This document shows positions 43,404-57,350 of a stretch of 64,000 nucleotides of DNA, in pieces (position 1 is the first letter of the stretch; each line of letters opens with the position of its first letter). Below the pieces are notes generated by a model. It had not been told where the DNA came from and did no database searches. It saw only the letters and a program-made list of their open reading frames with translations. Position numbers and translations under genes: made by a program. The DNA lies in the NCBI GenBank assembly GCA_013239625.1, contig MU054001.1, positions 6,807,078-6,871,077 of the forward strand. Reading direction: 5' to 3'. This stretch comes from Lama guanicoe (Eukaryota).

Positions 43404-43434
<31 letters not shown>

Positions 43435-43435
43435 G
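43284..43435 (+). mobile_element. tRNA-derived SINE with (AAAT)n tail
   Basis: Head with A and B boxes; tandem AAAT tail at about 43401-43434. Confidence 0.85.
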
Positions 43436-43965
43436 TTAAAGTAAATTCTTTAACATGCATCTCCAAAAAATAAGAACATTCTACTACAATACCATTATAC
43501 CATGCCTAGAAGTTCAACAATAGTTCCCTAACATCATTATTAGTCCATATTCAAATCTCTCTAAGTATAATTGTCTGTTTGATTTTATTTTTGTTGCTTT
43601 TAAACATTATAAAATAAAACATATTTACAGACAAACATGCATATAGGTTAGTGAATTATTGTAGAGTGACCACCCATAACCACCACTCAGGAAAAGGGAG
43701 AGGACTTTGCTGACCACCTCAGAAGCCACCTATATACCTCATCTCAATTACAAACACCCTCTTTTCAAAGTGACCAAAATTCTAAACAAGATGCCCAGAA
43801 TTTCTGCATGTTGATGACAAGCTGTTTGTCTGTCCTTTTATCCAGTTGCATACTCAGTTCAGTTGAATACAAAATCTTTGGCTCACATTTTCTCTCCTTG
43901 ATATCTTAAAAAAATTTTTTTCATTCCAGTTTTATTGAGATGTAATTGACATTTGCATTGTATAC

Positions 43966-44090
43966 TTTTTGAGGGGGATAGGTAATTAGGTTGTATTCAT
44001 TACTTATTCAAATGGAGGTACTGGGGATTGAACCCAGGACCTTGTGCTTTCTTGGCATGTGCCCTACCCCTGAGCTATACCCTTGCCTCC
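43966..44090 (-). mobile_element. tRNA-derived SINE
   Basis: Reverse head ggggattgaacccagg...tgagctatac. Confidence 0.82.
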
Positions 44091-46477
44091 TTTTTGATAT
44101 CTTATATATGTGACTCCATCTTCTTCATAAGGCATTGGTGTTGAAAGTTTAATGACAATCTAACTTTCTACCCATCGTAATTCACTTCGCCTTTTTACCT
44201 TGACACAAAAAAGGACCGATTCTTTTTCTTTAAAGTCTAGAATACATCTTGGTGTTGATCGTTCTGGGTCAATATTTTCAGGTATAGCTATGCCTTTTCA
44301 ATATGTAGTTTCAGATATTTATTTCAAGAAAGCTTTCTTGAAATATAATTTTTAGTGGTTGTCATATTGTTCCCTTGGTTTGATTTTCTTTTAGTTACTA
44401 TGATTATAATATGTTGTATCTTGTTTACATGGCTTCATATTTGTCACTTTCTCTTGAATCCTTTTTCTTCAGTCTTTATTTTTAACTTAAAAATACTTTT
44501 TCACCTTTTATTTCTCATAGGGCAATATTTGTATTGTGTATTCACTCTTGTTTTCTTTTTTATTTAGTTTCATTTCAGAAATAACTTTTATTTAGCCCTA
44601 ATTTTTCCTGAGTTTTATCATTTAATTGCCATAATTTTCTAGATCTGATTTACGTTAATCTCTGATATCTTGTACCTTTTGAAACTAGAGAGCCTTTGTA
44701 CTCACCTGATACTGGAGCAGGCAAATCCCTTGTCACTTCAATTGCTTTGCTCTGATTTGAAGGCTCATTCTGCCTTCCTGTGAACACCGTTTTGCGGGCC
44801 ATCAGATGCCCTGTTTCTTCCCTCTGTTTTCTCCTGCATAAATGTGGATATCATGCAGATCTTATAGTTATGATGGTGGTTGTCCTCCCTCTCTTGTATT
44901 TTGGAGTTTTGAGGGGGATACCTTATCACCTGGCCTTGTAGATGTTGTCCTTAGTTTTTGGCTTTATCATCTAGCTGCTCTGCTTTTTTCTTTTTCTTTT
45001 TTGATAGGGAGAAGATTCAGGGAGATTAAAAAACTATGCTACTGCTGTGTCTTTCCAGAACTGTTAGGGAGGGAAAAAGAGTCAAGAGAGCCCAGGAAGG
45101 GAATTATTATATTTGCTTTTATGGCCAGACCAAGACCAAGTGCCACGTACCTGAACCAGTTAGACGTGAACAGGAGAAGGTGTTTCCCAGAAAACAAGCC
45201 ATCATATTTTAAACTTCTGAACCAAAGAAGGAGAAAAACAACAGATGTTCATTACAGTTCTAACAGGATGTTTTATTTGAGGGGTTCCATTATTTAAAAA
45301 AAAAAGTGTGATGACACTCATCTAAGATAATGCAATTACATGACTTTTCCTTTAGCCCTATCTACTTCAAAGTTAATTTTTATTTGTTTACAAGTAATTT
45401 ACAAATACATTCCTTTATAAGAGATCAACACATAAATAAGACTAAAGTCCTCTTTGGCCACTCCTTGGCAATCCAGGTGTCCTGGCTATTTTTTGATGCC
45501 TGGTTGACTTTGCCCTGTCTTCCATGGGCATCTGGTCCTTGACCCTCTGCCTTGCTGAGAGAGCATTTAAAGTCATTTTAACATTAACCAGAGTTAAATG
45601 TAATTATAAGAGTGAATCCATTAGCAGCCATTTTGGAGGATTATCTGAGGTGCGATTGTCTTCCACTTGTACAATAAATGGTAAAACTTGAAATGGTTGC
45701 GAATTTTAGGAACTTGGCCCTTTCTCTGTTCTTAAGCATGATCAGGACCTTGAGTCAGTTTTATTTCCGATCAGCAAGCCTACTGTTCCATCACAGCATT
45801 GTAACTAAGGGGACTTTTGGCCCAGCTTTCGCAAGGTTTGTTGAGATTGTTTTGATTAGGCACCATTATGATTCAAATTGCAGAAAACCCTACCCATATC
45901 GGCCTTATAAAAAGGGATCTACTGATTCATGGGACCAAACAATGTGGAGGTATTTGGCACTTCAAGAGTTGCTGGACTCAGGGCTCATGTCAGGTTGTGA
46001 CACTACACTATGCCCAACTCCAGGGGGCCCTGTTATATTGTGTGGCGTGAGCCCAACACTATGTATTCTTGGCAATGTCCCTGGAGTTCTGTGTTGTGGG
46101 TCCCTCTCATTGCTCTGCTTTCTCTGTTCATTGACTCCCCCTTGGCGGCCTCCATTTACAGCAGTAAAAGAGCTGTGGTAGCTGCTCCTCTCCCCACCTC
46201 TGCCCATCCCCAAAGTCAGAAAAGAAGAGAGGGCTCCTTTCTCCCAGAAGCCCCAGGAAAAGTCCCGTCATGACTTTGATGGGGTCACAGGCCCAGCTCT
46301 GAGTCAATCACCAAAGCTGAGAACACGGATGATTGGCTCGTACCTGGTCAAAGTTAGCTGCTTCTTCAGAACCTCCTGGATGAAGAGGGGAGGAGGAGGG
46401 AATCAGGCATGGTGAATATAGTGGGGCTGGGACAATGGATAGCTCAGCCTGGCTTCAATGGCACCCTCCCTTGTGAG

Positions 46478-46735
46478 GCAACATATCATAGTGGTAGAGA
46501 ATGTGGGCTACAGAACCAAAGATCTTGGTTCCAATATTGGCTTCACCCTTTCAGGGCTGTATGACCTTGGGCAAGTTAATAAACCTCTTTGGCCTCAGCT
46601 TCCTTATCTGAAAAATGGGAGATGACAACACATCCCCCATAAGACTGTTGTGACATAAAATTGACTAAATATGCATATTAACACTTAGAACAGTGACTGG
46701 TGTTGGACAAGATCTAGAGAAGTCTTTGCTATTAT
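46478..46735 (+). mobile_element. MIR SINE, near full length
   Basis: tgaccttgggcaagttaataaacctc...cttagaacagtgactgg. Confidence 0.7.
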
Positions 46736-47675
46736 TGAGAGAGAGTTAACGATCCGGAGGGAAAAGTAGGGAAAATGCTCTGTATAGCTAGTGTTGAATA
46801 AAGGGTATGGTTCCTTTGGCCTAAGGCTGTGAGATACAGTGACTGGAAGAGACCCCTTTCATCTTAGTACGGAATGAAGAGCTTCCAGATTCCATTCATT
46901 TGCTGGGGGGAGGTGGTTCACAGAGGAGATCTGGGAGCAAGGGCATAGCGGTTGAATGCCATCAATGACAACTCATTGTGAGATTTGGTTCACAAACATT
47001 GTTCTAGAACTTTAGGCTTTGATTCATGATTTTGCTGCCAGCCTAAGGAGCAGCAACTGCTTCAGTCTGTGACACAACACACTGATTTCTAAACCATTTA
47101 TAACTCTCTTGTACAGTCAACACAAGCATCCCACAAGGGATTTGCAATAAGAGGGGAAACTGGGGACTGCAACTGAACTTTCTCTATAATGAAGTCCTTT
47201 TGAATAGTGCTTCCTTCATAAATCCCAGGTCTCAAACATGGTCATTAAGAGAAGCCTGAAAGACAAAAGAGGCTTGTGTTCCAGGCCTTCTTTTCAAGCC
47301 CTAAACGTTGAATTCTCTGTGCCTGTGTCTTGGCCTGGCACGTGATTTCCCCTCTGTAACAATCCCAGATCCTGGCAGCAAATGGCATGTGACGCGGGGC
47401 ACATTTTTATTCTACGCAGATAGGGTTATATAAATCTTCTTGTTTTATAGTAATTTCTTTTGCCTTTTATTTCTTTTCAGTGCCTTTAGGAGTCTGCTTG
47501 GATTCTTAGTGGGCCATACCCCAGGTTGGCTTTCTTTTCTGTTTTAAGCAAAACATATAGAATTCAATGACTTTCATCCAGGCATTCACACATGTGGCAG
47601 TTGCCTTGCCAGGTGCTGATATAATCAGAAAGCTTTTTTGTATCCTTTTAAGCTAGTTTTTTTATCCAAAAAATT

Positions 47676-47783
47676 CTTTCTTTCTTTCCTTCCTTCCTTC
47701 TTTCCTTCTTTCCTTCCTTCCTTCCTTCCTTCCTTCCTTCCTTTCTCTTTCTTCCTTTCTTTCTTCCTTCCTTCCTTTCTTTC
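47676..47783. repeat. (TTCC)n/(TTTC)n polypyrimidine microsatellite
   Basis: Seen directly; about 108 nt of pure C/T. Confidence 0.9.
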
Positions 47784-47906
47784 ATTTTTTTAAGGCATTG
47801 GTTTTGCTAAAAGGCTTAGTTCCTATATGATTTTCCCCTGTCCTGGTGGGTTAATCCAATGAGACAGACTGTATCAGGCTATATTTCCTTGTTTTCCAAG
47901 GTATTT

Positions 47907-48307
47907 CTTTTTGGAGTGGGGGGGTGGGGGAGGTAATTAGGTTTATTTCTTCTTTTTTTTGGAGTTCTTAAATCTTTTTTTTTTTTAATTGAGGTATAGT
48001 CAGTTTACAATGCTGTGTCAATTTCTGGTGTACAGCACAATTCTTCAGTCATACATATATTAATTTTCATATTCTTTTTCACTGTAAACTATAAGATATT
48101 GAATATATTTCTCTGTGATAGACAGTATAAACTTGTTTATCTATTTTATATATACCAGTCAGTATCTGCAAATCTCAAACTCCCAGTTTATCCCTTCCCC
48201 ACCCCCTTCTCCTCATTTTTTTTTTTTAAATAGTTTCCTGGGATTGAACCCAGGTCCTTATGCATGCTAAGCACTGCACTCTACTACTGAGCTATATAAC
48301 CTCCTCC
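47907..48307 (-). mobile_element. tRNA-derived SINE apparently split by an L1 3'-end fragment (about 47975-48210)
   Basis: SINE tail motif (ggtaattaggttt) on the left and head on the right, with L1 3' UTR between them. Confidence 0.7.
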
Positions 48308-51300
48308 TGCTTCTGGGCACCCTCTTCCTTCCTTCATTTGCTTATGCCTTCTATTTTTCTAAAGTGAGGCCAACATCATGGCTCTTCAGGGAAACTTCCT
48401 GGACCCCTCTGATTTAGACATTCCTTCTCCAGCTCCCCCTGAGTCCACCATTCTTGGAGAAAGCACTGCAGTTGGACTGTGAACACTGCTTTACTTGTCT
48501 GTCTCCCTCACTAAGGTAGAAGCGAGGCAGGGACCCTGTCTGATTGGACCTACTGTCCCTGGGGTCTAACAGATAAGTATCAAATGAATGAATGATCACA
48601 TGTTTGCTAAGTACCCACCATGTGTCAGTCACTGCGTTAGGCTCTGGGGACACCAAAGTCTTGTCTCTTTGAAGATTATAATCTAGAGGAAAGATACACA
48701 CCGGGTTAATAATCACTTATGTCACTACATAATCTTGGACTGTTCAGTGCTTTGAAAGAAAAGCACAGGATGTTAGGAGACTGTGGGGTAGGAGTCCTTG
48801 AATAAGCAGGACTTTTACCTCGGTAGGAATGGAGAGGGAGAGCTGGAAGTGCTATCAGGAGGGAGCCCCTGGGTGCACTGGGTGAGTCAATAGATAAGTG
48901 AGTGAGCGGAAGAGGAAAGGGTCAATGCAGCTGCCTGGTCACCGTGGGCATCTGCTGACTCGGCTTATCACTGTGTCTCTTCTTCAGGTGATAATAACTT
49001 GATTTTTTTTTTTTATCCTTGGGAATTCAAACCTTCCTTGTTCTCTTCCTGACCTATGCTTCTTTCTAGCAATGGGCATTTGACCTAATCAAATTAGGTA
49101 TGTCATCTCCCAGAACTCCTCCCGTGTGATTAGTCTAGGGATCTTGAAAGAACTATGAAGAAAAACATTTCTTTCTTTGAGCACTTGGGCGTTTGTGCTC
49201 AAGAGAGAAGGAAGAGATGGATGGAGGCAGATAGATTACTGAGACAATTTTCTTTCAGCAGCTGGATCCAGACATGCCTGAAACACATGTGGATATAGTT
49301 GTATCTAAATTTCCCTATACATGGCTCTTAAGGCTACTGACTAAACAATTCTTCCATCTTTTTACTTGGCTTAAGCTCATTTTTCACAGGGCTTCAGTTA
49401 CTTGCAACTTAAAGTGTCTCTATTAGTACAATGATTTTAACTAATGTCACTCATTTGCTAAATCCAAAGGGGTTGGGGGAGGCCAGCTAAAGCAATTGTG
49501 GAGTCCTTTAGCCAGGGGGAGGGGCAGCCCAAACATACCAGTATTTCCTGCACCAGGAGGGATTCCCCCTAAGCGTCTATATTCTACAGCCTCTTCCCCA
49601 GAGACCTAGACCCTTGGGTCTGCATCGGTGTTTGAGTGTCTAGCAACAGATGTACTGAGGGAGAGCCTGTAGAAGCAGATAATAATAGGAACCTTCCCAG
49701 GCCCTGGCAGGGCAGGGAGGCCCAGGTACCCAAGGTGCTGGAAAACCATAAGCTTCTTCTACATTGAAGGAATGTGCAACAACCCTGATTTAAGAGCGGA
49801 GAGCTGGCAGCAAACCAGCTTTTGCTGGACTGTGAATAATGAATCTGCAGGGTCAGGCAAGCGGGAACTGTCGATGGCTTCTACGAGCAGCAGCACTGGT
49901 GGGCATGACTGCCATCTAGCGCCAAATGCCACTTTCTGCAAGTTGTTTACTGGCTGTTTCCAACTGGAGAGACTTTTGAGGGGTAAATGGAGGTAGGAGG
50001 TCATTCATTCATTACCTCTGCCTTCCCATCAGGAAGCCTCAAAATCAGACTTTCGACATCATCTCTAATTTAGCTTATTACACATACAGTCCCAGAGGCA
50101 AACTGACTGGATGAGATAAAAGGGCAATCATTCCATAACGTTAAACTTGTCTCATTCCAAGTCTCTAGGGCACTATGAATTTTATACGTTAAGAAACAGA
50201 TAATATTTTTAAAAGCCTATATTTATGATTCAGGGTTCTGGCAGGAAATAGGTAGCATCCTCCCAAGGGGTGACTGGGGAAGAGTTTAATGAAAGGGCTA
50301 CCCACAAAGGAGTGGAAAGGGGTCCAGGGAAAACAATCAAGGATCAGAGAGGGACTCTAGAGTTAGTGATAATAGGAAGCACTTACCACCCATAGACCTA
50401 ATGAAGCAAGAACAGGGAGAGGACCCAGTGGGACTGTTCCATAGGAGAGAGAGAGCCATTTGATGGGTGCTGTGGCCCCAGCTGCTGGTTCTTGGTTAGG
50501 TGCTTAAAAAGCACACCTGCGGATGATTCCTTTGTAAGTGATTCATTAAGGAAGTGTGCTGGGGCGGATGGGAAGTGGAGGGGGAGAAGCAGGGCAGAGA
50601 AGGTGACAAGGCCAGGCAAGGTGTGATCTCAGGCAGAGTCTGGTGGAGGGTGGCTTTAAGTCTGAGCCCACAGAGGAACTCTGGAGGGTAGGTTATGTCT
50701 CAGAAGTTCTGCCTGGAGGCAAGGAAGGTTGGCATTGAGACTCTTGACCCGCCAGTCACTGGTCAGATTTGGGGGAGAAGAGGGAGTTGGAGAGTAAACT
50801 GGACCCTGGCCCTTCTGAATGTTCAGTGGGGTTCACCCTCTGGGGCTCTGAGAGCACTACCTGCGCACGGCTAAAAGCACTGGCTGTTAGAAGAGCACAC
50901 TGAAAATCAGTCAAAAGGGGTCCAAAGGGGTCTGGGTGAGTAAGAACATCTGCTTCAAGTGGGGATGGAAGCCAGTGAGAAATGACAGTTCAATTGACTC
51001 CTGAAGGAGGTAGACACTGAGATGGAGTTTCGGGTACAAGAGGTTTATATAGGGGAAAGGGTAACACGTGTGAAAGATAAAGGGGAGCTGCAGAACACAA
51101 TCAGATCTGATGTTCTCAGCCTACTCCATGGGAGCTCTGCAGCAAAGACTGCCCACCCAGAGGAGTCACGCATTGGGCAGAAGTGACCAGGCCCTAGTAC
51201 CCCTCTCCATGGCCAGTTATTGGCTGGTTGTTGATCAGGAAGGACATGGATCCTGAAGGTGGTATAACTGGAGGCTGCCAGCTAAAGGTGCTCCTTGGAG

Positions 51301-51619
51301 CTGAATGGCAAGTTCTTTTAGAAGGGAGATCCAAATGAAGCATGCCCACAGCTGCCACACTTAATGAAATGTAGCACCTTTGGTTGTCTTAGCCATCTCC
51401 TCAACACCAGGAAGAACTTGCCTGAAGAGGGTACAGAAACAGGAGGCAGAGAGAGAATGTAGCCTAATGGTGCACATGAGTACATTGATCCAGCTGTGCC
51501 TGAAGCCCACCATATACTTGGCTTTTTTGGTTACATGAGTCAATAAATACTCTTGTTGCTTATGCCATTTTGAGTTTGGGTTTTCCATTTCAGCAAAAGA
51601 AATATTCTTTTTTATCTTT

Positions 51620-51782
51620 CTTTTTCTTTTTTTAATTGAAGTATAGTCAGTTTACAATGTTGTATCAATTTCTGGTGCACAGCATGTTTCAGTTATATAC
51701 ACGCATACATACATTCCTTTTCATAATCTTTTCTATTATAGGCTATTACAAGATATTGAATACAGTTCCTTGTACTATACAT
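51620..51782 (-). mobile_element. L1 3'-end fragment
   Basis: ttttaattgaagtatagtcagtttacaatg..., same family as the fragments at 39171 and 47975. Confidence 0.75.
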
Positions 51783-53029
51783 AAATTTATAAATTTATTG
51801 TTTAAAAAGAAATATCCTTAATATAGTCTCTGCACTTAACTGTAAAATGTGACTCAGGGTTTGAGAAGGAAGAAGGACAAAAAATGTAAAGTGCAGGCAC
51901 AGAGCAGTTGCCCAATAAATAGTATTACTACTATAGGAGGAGAAAGCAAAGGAGGCAAAATAAGGCGTGGGTCATGCCTGGAGGCCCCTCTCATCCAGGG
52001 AAGGCCAGTGGGCTGAGTTCAGAGCTCACCTAAGGCTGGTGCCTGTCTTGGACTGTCCAGAGGTACCCAGCTGTAAAGGAGGGCTGGCCCCCTTGAGTCA
52101 CTTGGAGCCTGTGGCTTTTCTGCAATGAATGCTCCCTGACCCAGTGTGTTATTAGCCTCGCAGGAGGAGAAGAAAGTTGTCTTTCTGGCCAAAGAGGAAG
52201 ATTCTCACCCTATTTCTCTTTACATGGACAGTTCTTTGCATTTATTTTTTTTTTGTTGTTGTTGTTGGTAGACTATTTATTTGTGGAAATATGTAAAGTT
52301 CATAACAAAATAAAAAGAATACACAGGAAATGACCACATTTGCAGCACTGTGATGATGCCAAAGCTTTTGAGGGGGAAAAAAAAAAAACCAAGAATGAGC
52401 AAAGACCTCTAATTTATAACTCAGGAATTATTTTTGGTTTTTGTGAAAGAAATGGGGAATTTTATATTTTAAGGATCTGCTGAGCTTCCCACTGTTCCTG
52501 GTCTCTCCCATCAAAAATGTAAAAGCTTTAAAAGGCTCCTTGGTAGAGACTGTGTTCTGAATGTTAAAACAATGACAAGCGTAGAGGTGGAGGCTGCTAC
52601 AGCTCATTTCTCCCAATCACTCGAGGAAGCTCATGACCTAGTTACAAGAGAGAACAAAAAGTGGCTTTGAATAGCCATTTTGGTTCATCAAGTACTTAAT
52701 ACCTATTATTACAGAAGCTCCTGCCTGGTGTAATTGCATATTGTGAGACTAGAGCACCTCCAGCCATTTCAGCAGCTCACATGAAAGATAGCAAGCAAAG
52801 TTAGAAAGAGCATCAAAAGCCAGTGGAAAGCAGACTCCTCTGGCACCTGTCCTGGTTCTTATGTTCCTTCTGTCTTCAAGTCAAGGATAGAATTAGATGA
52901 CCTTTACTGATCCTCCTCATTTTTCTCAGGGTCTGTGGGACCCCAAAAGCCTATCTCTATGTCATTTCCTTTGTGGAGACCTCCCCAGCATGCCCTGACA
53001 GAACTAACTATTACTTTCCTTTGGGTACC

Positions 53030-53760
53030 TGTGAGCCATCTAGGATGGCTCCCACTGATTCCTGCTTCCTGGGATACATGCCCTCATTTAGTCTGTTCTC
53101 ACCCTGAATGAGGCCGACCTGTGTAACCAATAGGATACTGCGGAAATGACAGAGGGTAACTTTTGAAGTTAGGCCATCAGAGATATTGTAGATTCCTTCT
53201 TGTTCTCTCTTGGGTCACCTGCTCTGTGGAGGGCCAGCTGCCATGTCATAAGGACACTCAAGCAGTCCAGTGGAGAAGCCCACATCCTGAGGAACTGAGG
53301 CTTCCTGCCATCAGTCACTGTGGTGGCTTTAAAAGATGTCCACAAAGTCTTTGACACATCTCTCTTAAGAGGTGGAGCTTAATTCCCTTCTCCCTGAGTG
53401 TGGACTGGGTTTGTTAACTCACTTCTAATAAATAGGTATAATATAGCAGGCAGGATGGCTTGTGGCTTCTGAGACTTGGTCGTGAACGAGCTCACAACTC
53501 TACTCTTGTCTCTCTCTTAGATCACTTGATCTGGAGGGAATCTGCTGATATGTCATGAGGACACACAAACATCCCTGTGGATAAGCCATGAAGCGAGGAG
53601 CCAGGACCTCCTGCCAACAGCCATGTGAGTGAGTCACCTTGGAAGCATATTCTCCAGCTCCAGTCAAGTCAGATGGCTACAGCCCTGCTGACAGCTTGAC
53701 TGCCACCTCCTCATGAGAGATTCTGTGTCAGAACCACGTGGTTAAGCTGCTTGCACTTTT
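53030..53760 (+). mobile_element. MaLR (MLT1-type) LTR fragments
   Basis: Typical MLT1 text (gaggaactgagg, gccaacagccatgtgagtgag, cagccctgctgacagcttgactgc). Confidence 0.65.
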
Positions 53761-53989
53761 ATAATCATTTAAGTTTTTAACTGCCTTAAAAGAATACACA
53801 TGTAGTTTAATATTATTAGGTAAACTAGAGAAGGAAAATTTATTTTTTTTATTTTCTACCCTAATACAGCAAAACAAACTTTACTGTTTCTGTTTTGTTT
53901 GTTCATTTGTTTTTGTCAACAGAAGCCAAAATTAACAATCAAGAACCAAGACTGCGGTATATTATTTGTGGAGGTATACTGACCAATGA

Positions 53990-54580
53990 AACAATAAGAC
54001 TCTGGACCCTGGAAAGAGAGAGGGTCTGAAGGCTGAGTTCAGTCACTGATGGGCAATGATTGAATCAACCATCCCTATCTAATGGAACCTCCCTAAAAAC
54101 CCCTAAATGATGGAGTTTGGAGAGCTTCCAGGTTTGTGAACACACTGAGGTGCTGGGAGGGTTGTATGCCAAGAGCGAATGGAAGTCTTGTGTCCCCAGC
54201 CCTGTGCCTTGACCTATGCATCTCTTCCATTTAGCTGTTACTGAGTTGTAGCCTCTCATAATAAACTGGTAATAGTAAGTAATGTGTTTTCCTGAGTCCT
54301 GTAACCTGTTCTAGCAAATTATTGAAACTAAGGAGGGGATCGTGGCAACTCCTGATTTATAGTGGGTTGGTCAGAAGTACAGGTGGCAACCTAGGACTTG
54401 CAACAGTTATCTTTAGCTGGGGCAGTCTTGTGGGGCTAAGTCCTTAATCTACAGGTAGTTAGTGTCAGAACTGAACTGAATTGTAGAACACACAGCCAGT
54501 GTTCAGGAAGCTGGAGAATTGGTTACTGTGGGGAAAAAGAACCCATGTACTTAGTGTCAGAAGTGGTGTTAGAAAACACT
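53990..54580 (+). mobile_element. MER21-like solo LTR
   Basis: Recognisable MER21-type sequence with internal AATAAA; homologous to the split copy at 38.4-40.5 kb. Confidence 0.65.
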
Positions 54581-54669
54581 ATAGGTGATATGATTATATT
54601 TATACAAAATGATCAGAAAAGGTAAATCTATGGAGACTAAAAGTAGATAAGTGGTTACCTTTATTAGTT

Positions 54670-55036
54670 TATTTGGAGTCCCCAAGAAGAGTGCTGAAGT
54701 GCTGCTGTCTGGTATTACAAAGCACAAGAAGTCTGTGACTGTCTTATGGAGAAAGTATGTGTATTAGATAAGCTCTGTTCAGGCATGAGTTACAGTGCCA
54801 TTGGTCATTAGTTCAGTGTTAGTGAATCAACAATATATAGCAAATAAGGTGTCTTTAAGTGGAAACAAACATAAAAATAGGTGATGAATTAATCAATCGA
54901 GAAAAATGTTGTGATCAGAGGATTGCAGGAACCCGATCTTGTATTTCCCCTAGGAGCAATGATTCAGTATTCACTAATTCAATGTTTAAGGTGACTTTAT
55001 GGAATTTAACTACTACAAATAATGAGAGTTAACTGT
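54670..55036 (+). mobile_element. MER44/Tigger7-like DNA transposon fragment
   Basis: Resembles the remembered MER44 consensus; ends aataatgagagttaactgta. Confidence 0.55.
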
Positions 55037-55257
55037 ATGTCTTTGTATAGTTCTGTTTCACAGTCATTATGGCCTGGCCCTGTGTTACCAACAGAATACA
55101 GTGAAAGTAATTCCTCATGATTTTCTGAGCACGTGAAAGCTTTGTATGCCCCACCTGAACAAAGATAATACCAGCTGTGAATGGATAAACAAAATGTGGC
55201 ATATCCATATATTCTTATATGACTTTTAGACTAAAGTTATATAAGACTTTAGGCTGT

Positions 55258-55362
55258 GGGGGGAGGGTATAGCTCAGTGGTAGAAAGTGTGCTTAGCATG
55301 CACAAGGTCCTGGGTTCAATTCCCAGTCCCTTCATTAAAAGAATAAATCATAAAAAAAAAAA
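55258..55362 (+). mobile_element. tRNA-derived SINE inside L1
   Basis: Head plus polyA; flanking actttaggct / acttcaggct. Confidence 0.85.
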
Positions 55363-57239
55363 ACTTCAGGCTAAAATTTTAGCCATTTTAGACTTTAAGC
55401 TAAAATTGATCAGAAGAGACATAAAGGTTATTATATAATGATAAAGGAGTCAATCAATCAAGAAGACGTAGAAATTATAAATTTTATGCACCCAATATCA
55501 GAGGATCTAAATACTAATAGAACTAAGAGAACTAAAAGGAGAAATACACATCAGTATAATAATAGTTGGGAATTTTAACACCCTACTCTCAACAATGGAT
55601 AGATCAACCAAATAGAGAATCAATAAAGAGACAGTAGATTTGAATTGCTGTTTCAAACAGCACTATAGACCAAATGGACCTAACAGACAACCTAACCAAT
55701 CCATCCAACAATAACAGCAACAGAAAACACACTCTTCTCAAGTACACGTGGAGCGTTTTCTACAATAAATCATACATTAGGCCACAAGTCTTAGCAAATT
55801 TAAGAACACTGAAAATATACCAAATATCTTCACTGATCATAATGGTATGAAAACTAGATACCAGTAATGGGAGGAAAACTGGAAACTCACAAATACATGG
55901 AAATTAAACAGCATACTCTTGAATAACCAATGGATCAAAGAAGAAGTTAACAGAAAAATTAAAAGTTTCTTGAGACAAATGACAATGGAGATACAACATA
56001 CCAAAACCAATGCGATGCAGCAAAAGCATTCAAAGAAGAAAGCTAATAGATATAAACATATACATCAATAAAATAGACCTCAAATAAAAAACTTAGCTTT
56101 ACCCCTAAAGAAACAAGGAAAAGAAAAACAAAGCTCAAAGTTAATAGAAGAAAGGAGTAACAAAGATTACAGCATAAATAAACAAAACAGAGAAAATAAA
56201 AACAATAGAAAAGAGCAATGAAAATGAATTGGTTCTTTGAAATGATAAACAAAATTGACAAACCTTTAGTTAGACTACCAAGAAAGAGAGAGAACAAAAA
56301 TCAATGTGAAATCATAAATGAAAGAGGAAACAAACATAGCAACTGATACTACAGAAATACAAGGGATTATAAGAGACTACTAGGAACAACTAAATACCAA
56401 CAAACTGGACAATGTAGAAGAAATGGATACATTCCTAGAAACATACAACCTACCTAAACTGAATCAGGAACAATAAAAAATCTCAGCAGATCAATAATTA
56501 GTAAGGATATTGAATCAGTAATTAAAAACATCCCAACAAAGAAAAGGCCAGGACAAGACAGATTCACTGGTGAATTCCACCAAACATTTAAAGGGGAATT
56601 AATGTCAATCCTCAAACTCTTCCAAGAAATAGAAGAGGAGGGAACACTTCCAAACTCATTTTATGAGGCCAAAATTACCCTGATATGAAAGCCAGAGAAG
56701 GATACTACAAGAAAAGAAAACTACAGGCAATATTCCTGATGAATACAAATGCAAAATTTCTCACCACACTAACAAACCAAATTCAGCAGCACAATAAAGG
56801 ATCATATGCCACGATCATGAGGAATTCATCCCTGGGATACAAAGATGGTTCAACATACACAAATCAATAATACATGTAACACATCACATTAAAAGAATGA
56901 AAGATAAAAATCATATGATCATTTCAATACACGTAGAAAAAGCATTTGACAACATGCAACATCCATTCATGATAAAAACTCTCACCAAATTAGGGATAGA
57001 AGGAAACTTCTTCACCATAATAAAGGCCATATATGACAAGCCTACAGCTAACATTCATACTCAATGGTGAAAAGTTGGAGCTTTTCCTCTAAGATCAGGA
57101 ATAGGACAAAGGTGCCCACTTGGGCCACCTCTATTGAACACAGTACTGGAAGTGCTAACCAGAACAATCAGGCAAGAGAAAGAAATAAACGGCATCAAAA
57201 ATGGAAAGGAAGAAGCAAAACTGTCTCTATTTACAGATG

Positions 57240-57350
57240 TATTTTTAATTTTTTACTTTATCTTATTTATTTAGTAGAGGTACTGGGGATTGAACCCAGG
57301 GCCTCATACATGTTAGGCATGCACTCTACCACTGAGCAATACCCTCCCGC
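57240..57350 (-). mobile_element. tRNA-derived SINE inside the L1 ORF2 reverse-transcriptase region
   Basis: Reverse head; TSD tacagatg on both sides. Confidence 0.85.

Noticed and set aside
44842..45297. 151-aa ORF
   Set aside because: No recognisable homology or splice context; likely a chance frame in degenerate sequence.
45678..46181. 167-aa ORF
   Set aside because: No recognisable domain; overlaps MLT1-like LTR remnant text.
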